Positions 58,799 to 64,000 of a DNA stretch of 64,000 bases are shown piece by piece. Under the pieces are notes generated by a model, which saw nothing but the letters and a program-made list of their open reading frames with translations, searched no databases and had not been told where the DNA came from. Where the stretch lies: IMG/VR virus record IMGVR_UViG_3300026189_000003, positions 32,001 to 96,000 of that record. The stretch is one strand, 5' to 3'. The DNA is from a virus. Positions within the stretch are counted from its first letter, which is position 1. Each line of letters starts with the position of its first letter. Both the position numbers and the translations under genes were made by a program.

Positions 58799-59232
58799 TG
58801 AGCAATAAAAGAATAAGCACACAATTATTTGAAGGTATAGGAGCAATCAAACAAGTCATAAGACAGTTTGGTACAATTACAAATGAATTGGCTACTAATT
58901 CTTTAGATCCATCAACAGCCATACTTGAAAATATTGATCCATCAGTTGCTAGACAAAGTATTAATGGTGGCAAGTATGATATTATAAAAGGCATTTTTGA
59001 CAAACACGTCGAGAACGAGCAGTTGTCAAATGCATATACATTATTGGCCTTAGATGCTTTAAAAAAGTTTAATTTAAGATTTGATGAATTACTAGAAGAA
59101 AAAGAAAACAGTATTTCATTTAGTGAATTAGGTATTGCAGTGCTTAATAATTATAGACCAAGTACAAGTCAACTTGGTAATAAACAGCCAATAACTGCAA
59201 CACCAAATGTTGCAAGACATATTATACAATAA
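58798..59232 (+). CDS. Hypothetical protein
   Basis: Translationally coupled ORF in the tail operon. Confidence 0.65.
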   Translation: MSNKRISTQLFEGIGAIKQVIRQFGTITNELATNSLDPSTAILENIDPSVARQSINGGKYDIIKGIFDKHVENEQLSNAYTLLALDALKKFNLRFDELLEEKENSISFSELGIAVLNNYRPSTSQLGNKQPITATPNVARHIIQ

Positions 59233-59253
59233 TAAAACGAAGTAAATACTTGT

Positions 59254-59679
59254 ATGAGAAAGTTTCACTCGGGTACATATGAGCCAAAGAATCCTCAAAA
59301 ATATGCTGGGAAAAAGAATCCCAGATATAGATCAGGTTGGGAATTAACCTTCATGCGAATGTGTGATAACCACCCAGCTGTTTTAAGTTGGCAAAGTGAG
59401 CCAGTAAGAATACCATATAGAAATCCATTTACTGGAGACTATACATATTACGTTCCTGATTTTGTAATGATATATAAAAATAAGACAGGACGTAAAGTAG
59501 CCGAGTTAGTTGAAATAAAACCTAGTAGCCAAACTATTTTGGAAAGAGCTAAAAATAAGTACGATAAAGCTAGAATAATATTAAATAAAGCAAAATGGAA
59601 AGCGGCAGGCGAGTGGGCAAAGAGAAAAGGAATGCGATTTAGGGTCTTGAATGAAGACTCAATATATGCTATAAAGTAA
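59254..59679 (+). CDS. gp4: Head completion nuclease (gp4-like, TnsA-type fold)
   Basis: 'YRSGWE..FM..CD', 'IPY.NP', 'YVPDF', 'VEIKP', 'N.AKW.AA'. Confidence 0.9.
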   Translation: MRKFHSGTYEPKNPQKYAGKKNPRYRSGWELTFMRMCDNHPAVLSWQSEPVRIPYRNPFTGDYTYYVPDFVMIYKNKTGRKVAELVEIKPSSQTILERAKNKYDKARIILNKAKWKAAGEWAKRKGMRFRVLNEDSIYAIK

Positions 59680-59680
59680 T

Positions 59681-60283
59681 ATGAATAAAAAATTAGAAGA
59701 AACATTTAACTTACCAAGCATGGAAGAAGCTATGGAAAAAGAAAAAGAAGAGATAGAAAACCATATTGAAGAAAACACACTGTCAACACCTTTGTCAGAA
59801 TATGAAGCAATAGAAGAAGCTACAGAAGAAAAAGAAACTAGCAAAGAACTTGAAGAACAACAAGTTAAAAAAGCATTATCAACTGCTGAAAAGATCGACA
59901 AAGCATTACCACAAGTTAAAGACTTAGAATCACATGATTCTGATATGGACCAATATTCTACGGAAGCTATAAAGAGCTACAAAGAGCTTATGGATTTAGG
60001 TATGGCGTCAGAAGCCAGACACGCAGGTAAGTTTTTTGAAGTAGCACAAACAATGATGAAGAACGCCATAGAGGCTAAAAACGCCAAAGCTGACAAAAAA
60101 TTGCGTATGATTGAGCTACAACTTAAGAAACAAAGGGTAGATCAATGGGATAATAAAGGCGGAAAAGACGAAGAAATCATTGAAGGAGAGGGCTATATTG
60201 TAGGAGATCGCAACAAATTATTAGATCAAATCATTGATAGAGTTAACGAAAACGACAAAGATACTGACAAAGGAGATAAATAA
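59681..60283 (+). CDS. Hypothetical protein, possibly terminase small subunit
   Basis: Helical; 'FEVA..MMKNA' and a C-terminal 'DRNKLL' resemble gp16-type proteins; follows gp4. Confidence 0.45.
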   Translation: MNKKLEETFNLPSMEEAMEKEKEEIENHIEENTLSTPLSEYEAIEEATEEKETSKELEEQQVKKALSTAEKIDKALPQVKDLESHDSDMDQYSTEAIKSYKELMDLGMASEARHAGKFFEVAQTMMKNAIEAKNAKADKKLRMIELQLKKQRVDQWDNKGGKDEEIIEGEGYIVGDRNKLLDQIIDRVNENDKDTDKGDK

Positions 60284-60287
60284 TTGT

Positions 60288-60911
60288 ATGAAAACGTTTA
60301 AGCAATACCTAGCGGAAGCAGTCAAAGAAATTCCAGTTAGAATAAAAGTAGCATCTGAAGTAACAGATGATATGATGAATACTATTGAGTCTGAATTACA
60401 AAGATATGATGTAGTTACAGTAGGCTCTCCACAAAAAACTATTATGCAAGAGCATCCATTAGATTTTGGAACTAAAATTAGAAATGCAGAAGTGTTTATA
60501 ATTGACGCTGTTATAAGAATGCCAATGAGTTTTGAAACGTTTAGAAGAAATTTATCTGATAAAACGGGTATACCATATGATTACGTTGTAGTCAAAGGTG
60601 AGAACGATCCGTTAGAAGCAGAAAACGAAGCTGAGATTAAAAGAAACACAGCTAACGCAGAAGACTATGAACCAAAGATAGGCCAAGAATATACTGACGA
60701 AGAAGGTAAAGTTGAAGGCGAACACTTTGGTGAAAAGCACAAAGAGAATTTTTTAAAGACTTTACAAGATAATAAAGAGAAAGATCCAGATAGAGCTGAG
60801 GTTACAGTTGAAGGACCATTAAGTCAAAAGAAAGCAGATGCACCAGCTGACAATAGTCAGCCTAAAGAAAGCGAAGCATCAGCATCTCCTTTAACAAAGG
60901 ACAACAGATAA
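60288..60911 (+). CDS. Probable internal head protein
   Basis: N-terminus MKTFKQYLAE resembles the T4 capsid-targeting sequence; TAAATA-N5-ATG promoter. Confidence 0.6.
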   Translation: MKTFKQYLAEAVKEIPVRIKVASEVTDDMMNTIESELQRYDVVTVGSPQKTIMQEHPLDFGTKIRNAEVFIIDAVIRMPMSFETFRRNLSDKTGIPYDYVVVKGENDPLEAENEAEIKRNTANAEDYEPKIGQEYTDEEGKVEGEHFGEKHKENFLKTLQDNKEKDPDRAEVTVEGPLSQKKADAPADNSQPKESEASASPLTKDNR

Positions 60912-61396
60912 TGGAGCCTAAAGTTCAGAAGTATTCAGTACACGTGAACGATCTTGGAGACTTTGATTTAGACGAAGATAGATCAATTGCACCATCAATT
61001 GAGTTTGCTCTTAAACAGGCAGGCATTGAAGCAACAGTTGATCAAAACGAATTTAATAGTTCTGGTGTAGAAGTTAGTACAACAGCTACAGCAGGCGAAG
61101 TTGAAACAGCTCTACAAAGAGATGAAATAGATGCAGAGGTATCAATTATGGAAGACAACGAGCAATATGTAAAAACTGGTCCAGGTCATTTTAAACAAGA
61201 TGACTTTACTACTTCAGTTAAAAAATCAAAGAAATTTAAATACGTTCCAGCAAAACATGGTGACAATGGTTTAGCAAATGAAGATGAGCTAACCAAAGAA
61301 AAAGTCAAAGAGATGGAAGAACGCTTTGATAAGCTGATGGTAGAATACCAAGAGTTTATAGCTGAGTCATCAGATCAAAAAAAAAGACTGAAATAA
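60911..61396 (+). CDS. Acidic probable head protein (short product)
   Basis: Coupled to the upstream gene; ends YQEFIAESSDQKKRLK across an A9 run. Confidence 0.65.
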   Translation: MEPKVQKYSVHVNDLGDFDLDEDRSIAPSIEFALKQAGIEATVDQNEFNSSGVEVSTTATAGEVETALQRDEIDAEVSIMEDNEQYVKTGPGHFKQDDFTTSVKKSKKFKYVPAKHGDNGLANEDELTKEKVKEMEERFDKLMVEYQEFIAESSDQKKRLK

Positions 61397-61956
61397 GCGA
61401 AGCTCCATTTACCCAGCCAACAGGCAGTGCGGCGAATACACCTGCACCGACTCCTACATCAAACGCCATTGGCGATGAAGAAAAAAAGCAGGCAAGATCT
61501 AGATCACAAGACGCAATAACAAACGTTATTTCCAGAGACTATAATGACCTCATAAAGAAAAGAGGTATAGCTAAAAATGATCCTATGTTCCAAAAAGCAA
61601 TTGGACAAATTTTTTCAATTGGCACAGGACAAAGAAACAAAGGCAAAATTATCACAGTAGGTGACGTTGATGATGTTGCTAGAAGTATCAGACAAACTAA
61701 ATCAGGAATAGGTCCTATAAGAACAGGCAAACAAGATGTTGGCCTAATTAAAAAAGTATTAGGCAGATTACCATCAGGTGAACCTTTCGCAGGGTTAGAA
61801 GACATGATTAATACACCAGAAGATGCTGAGAAGTTTATGAAGATTAGAGATTTAAGCCTTGACATTTTAAACACAATCAGTACAGAGAGAAAACTGAGAG
61901 GATTGGCAGACTTACCTAATGCCTTTGATGATTTTGAACGTTCAGTAACTGGATAA
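61377..61956 (+). CDS. -1 frame continuation of 60911..61396 (includes track ORF 61585..61956)
   Basis: The -1 frame is open from the A9 run (KKKTEISEAPFTQPTG...DPMFQKAIG...) to TAA at 61956. Confidence 0.6.
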
Positions 61957-61971
61957 TTAAAAGATTCTATC

Positions 61972-63291
61972 GTGAAAAATATTTCACACATTAAAAATGA
62001 GTTAGACGAAATATCGCCAAGTTTTTGTGCGGCCAAATGGCAACAGGTAACTTTACATTTACAAAATGGTCATACTCATAGTTGTCACCATCCACAAACT
62101 CATAAAATACCTTTGGAGGAAATAGAAAAAGATCCTTCAGCATTGCATAATACTGAGTACAAGAAACAACAACGTAAATTAATGTTAGAAGGCAAACGTC
62201 CTGAAGAATGTAGTTACTGTTGGAAAGTAGAAGATACCGAAGGTGCTCACTTCAGTGACAGGATTAAAAAAAGCAGTAGCTCGTGGGCTAGAAAAAATAT
62301 ACAGACAATAGCTAAACAAGATTGGAACTACAACACAGTACCAACACACGTTGAAGTCAGTTTTTCAAATGTGTGTAATATGAAATGCATTTATTGTAGT
62401 CCTGTGTTTAGTAGTGAATGGTGGAGTGAAATAAATCAACATGGTGGATATCCTACCAGCGATCAGTTTAACAATTTAGACTGGATCATGGAAACAAGTA
62501 GAACACCGTATTTGAAAAGAGAACACAACCCATACATAGAAGCATGGTGGAAGTGGTGGCCCACTATCAAAGATAAACTTCATGTTTTACGTGTGACCGG
62601 TGGTGAACCTTTTTTAAGCAAGGACACAGCCAAGCTGATAAGTGACATCAAAACAGGAGGGTGTGAACAATTGGACTTGCACATCAACAGTAATCTACAA
62701 ATACCTTTTTGGAAACTAAACAGTTATCTGAATGACATATCCAAATTAAAAGAAGAGCAACTTATAAAAGATGCAAAAATTTTTACCAGCTGTGATGCAC
62801 ATGGAGAACAAGCAGAGTATATCAGAGAAGGTATGGAATACGAAACATGGTTAAACAACTGTAAAAAGGTGCTTAAACGCGGTATATCCTTGCATATAAT
62901 GGTGACAGCAAATGTTCTGAGCATTGATAGTATGAAACTGTTAATGACGGATATATACCGCTTAAAACAGGATTATAAGGCGGTTACGTACGGGGTCAGC
63001 ATATTAAACAGTCCTAAGTTTTTAAATGTATTGAACTTGCCCAAAACCAAATATTGGATAGAAAAGTTCGATGAGCTAGTTGAATATGTGTCTGAACATC
63101 CACTTACAGAAAATAACGAGCTGAATTATATACAACGGTTAAGGAACTATTTTGTTAACAACGAAGTTAATAACAAAGACTTCACAGTGAACAGAGTAGA
63201 CTGTCTTAAATTTATCCAAGAAATTGACCGCAGACGTAATAAAAATTTTACTAATACATTTACTAACTACAAGTTTCTAATACACACCTAA
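61972..63291 (+). CDS. Radical SAM enzyme with an N-terminal Cys-rich (SPASM/twitch-like) region
   Basis: CNMKCIYC, GGEP; N-terminal C...SC...CSYC. Confidence 0.88.
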   Translation: MKNISHIKNELDEISPSFCAAKWQQVTLHLQNGHTHSCHHPQTHKIPLEEIEKDPSALHNTEYKKQQRKLMLEGKRPEECSYCWKVEDTEGAHFSDRIKKSSSSWARKNIQTIAKQDWNYNTVPTHVEVSFSNVCNMKCIYCSPVFSSEWWSEINQHGGYPTSDQFNNLDWIMETSRTPYLKREHNPYIEAWWKWWPTIKDKLHVLRVTGGEPFLSKDTAKLISDIKTGGCEQLDLHINSNLQIPFWKLNSYLNDISKLKEEQLIKDAKIFTSCDAHGEQAEYIREGMEYETWLNNCKKVLKRGISLHIMVTANVLSIDSMKLLMTDIYRLKQDYKAVTYGVSILNSPKFLNVLNLPKTKYWIEKFDELVEYVSEHPLTENNELNYIQRLRNYFVNNEVNNKDFTVNRVDCLKFIQEIDRRRNKNFTNTFTNYKFLIHT

Positions 63292-63342
63292 AAACGCATA
63301 CAAGTAACTTTTTAAGTTAGCACATACGGTTTAAATACAACT

Positions 63343-64000
63343 ATGTATAATTTACTAAAGCCAACAGATATAAAAATACTAGAAATTGAAGGTTCTTCAT
63401 ATTGCAATGCAGGTTGTCCTTACTGTGCTAGACACTTACCTGGAACTAGTATTCGCGACACTGGATTTACACAAACACATCTAACGTTAGACGTATTTAA
63501 AAAAGCTGTATCTGATCTTGGAAATCATGCACACAATATGGAATGCTGGTTTGTTGGAAACTTAGGTGATGCAATAATGAATCCAGACATATTATCAATG
63601 TGGCAAATAGCTGTTAATAGTTTCAAGTCTTGCGAAATAGAAACTAATGGCGGATTACGATCAAAAGAATTTTGGAAGCAGATGGGAGAAGTTGGATATC
63701 AAGCTAACAAAAAAAATGACACCAACAGTAACATAATAACATTTTCAATTGATGGACTAGAAGATACTAACGAAATTTATAGAAAGAAAGTTAATTGGAA
63801 TAAGTTGACAGACAACATTAAATCTTATATTGATGCTGGTGGTACTGCTCACTGGAAATGGTTAACGTTTGAACACAACGAACATCAAATAGAAGAAGCA
63901 AAAGCACTTGCAAAAAGTTTAGGATTTAGAAAATTTATAACAACACATTCTACAAGATATGCAGAGCAACAAAAAGAAAAAGAATTTTATGATAAATTAA
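63343..64000 (+). CDS. Radical SAM enzyme (partial, runs off the window)
   Basis: Manual translation MYNLLKPTDIKILEIEGSSYCNAGCPYCAR; 'GNLGD', 'TNGG', 'FSIDG'. Confidence 0.88.
   Translation, partial: MYNLLKPTDIKILEIEGSSYCNAGCPYCARHLPGTSIRDTGFTQTHLTLDVFKKAVSDLGNHAHNMECWFVGNLGDAIMNPDILSMWQIAVNSFKSCEIETNGGLRSKEFWKQMGEVGYQANKKNDTNSNIITFSIDGLEDTNEIYRKKVNWNKLTDNIKSYIDAGGTAHWKWLTFEHNEHQIEEAKALAKSLGFRKFITTHSTRYAEQQKEKEFYDKL

Noticed and set aside
59254-59679. TnsA-like nuclease as evidence for a Tn7 element
   Set aside because: Motifs and context fit gp4 head completion protein; no other transposon genes or ends
909-62924. Many antisense or nested ORFs in the track (e.g. 909..1268, 9119..9460, 36635..37006, 38053..38490, 42302..42751, 61539..62036)
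   Set aside because: They shadow well-supported genes on the opposite strand and have no RBS or recognisable motifs
1-64000. Alternative genetic code (stop codon reassignment)
   Set aside because: Long genes translate intact with the standard code; the two split genes are frame changes at slippery sites, not in-frame stops

Overview
AT-rich (roughly 30% GC by eye), densely coding segment of a large T4-related myovirus (Caudoviricetes, jumbo-phage-like organisation). It covers most of the virion morphogenesis region. Minus strand 0.5-27.9 kb: tail fibres, a 3817-aa baseplate protein, and gp6-, gp25-, gp5-, hub-, gp53- and tube-initiator-like genes. 28-35.4 kb: gp55-type late sigma factor, gp47/gp46 nuclease pair, auxiliary enzymes and a Holliday junction resolvase. 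36-61 kb: tail chaperone, tape measure, portal, protease, scaffold, major capsid, neck, sheath, tubes and gp4. The window ends at the start of a radical SAM cluster. Product names rest on motif recognition and gene order, not database searches. Main signals beyond the gene list: (1) a ~350-nt ORF-free, promoter-preceded, pseudoknotted candidate ncRNA with AGGCA repeats at 35.5-35.9 kb; (2) two apparent -1 frameshifts missed by the ORF track, one a T_TTT_TTC site in the tail-chaperone gene and one an A9 run just after a T4 capsid-targeting-like YQEFIAE motif; (3) strong avoidance of GCWGC; (4) TAAATA-N5-ATG late promoters implying leaderless mRNAs, some with a 16-bp upstream element.
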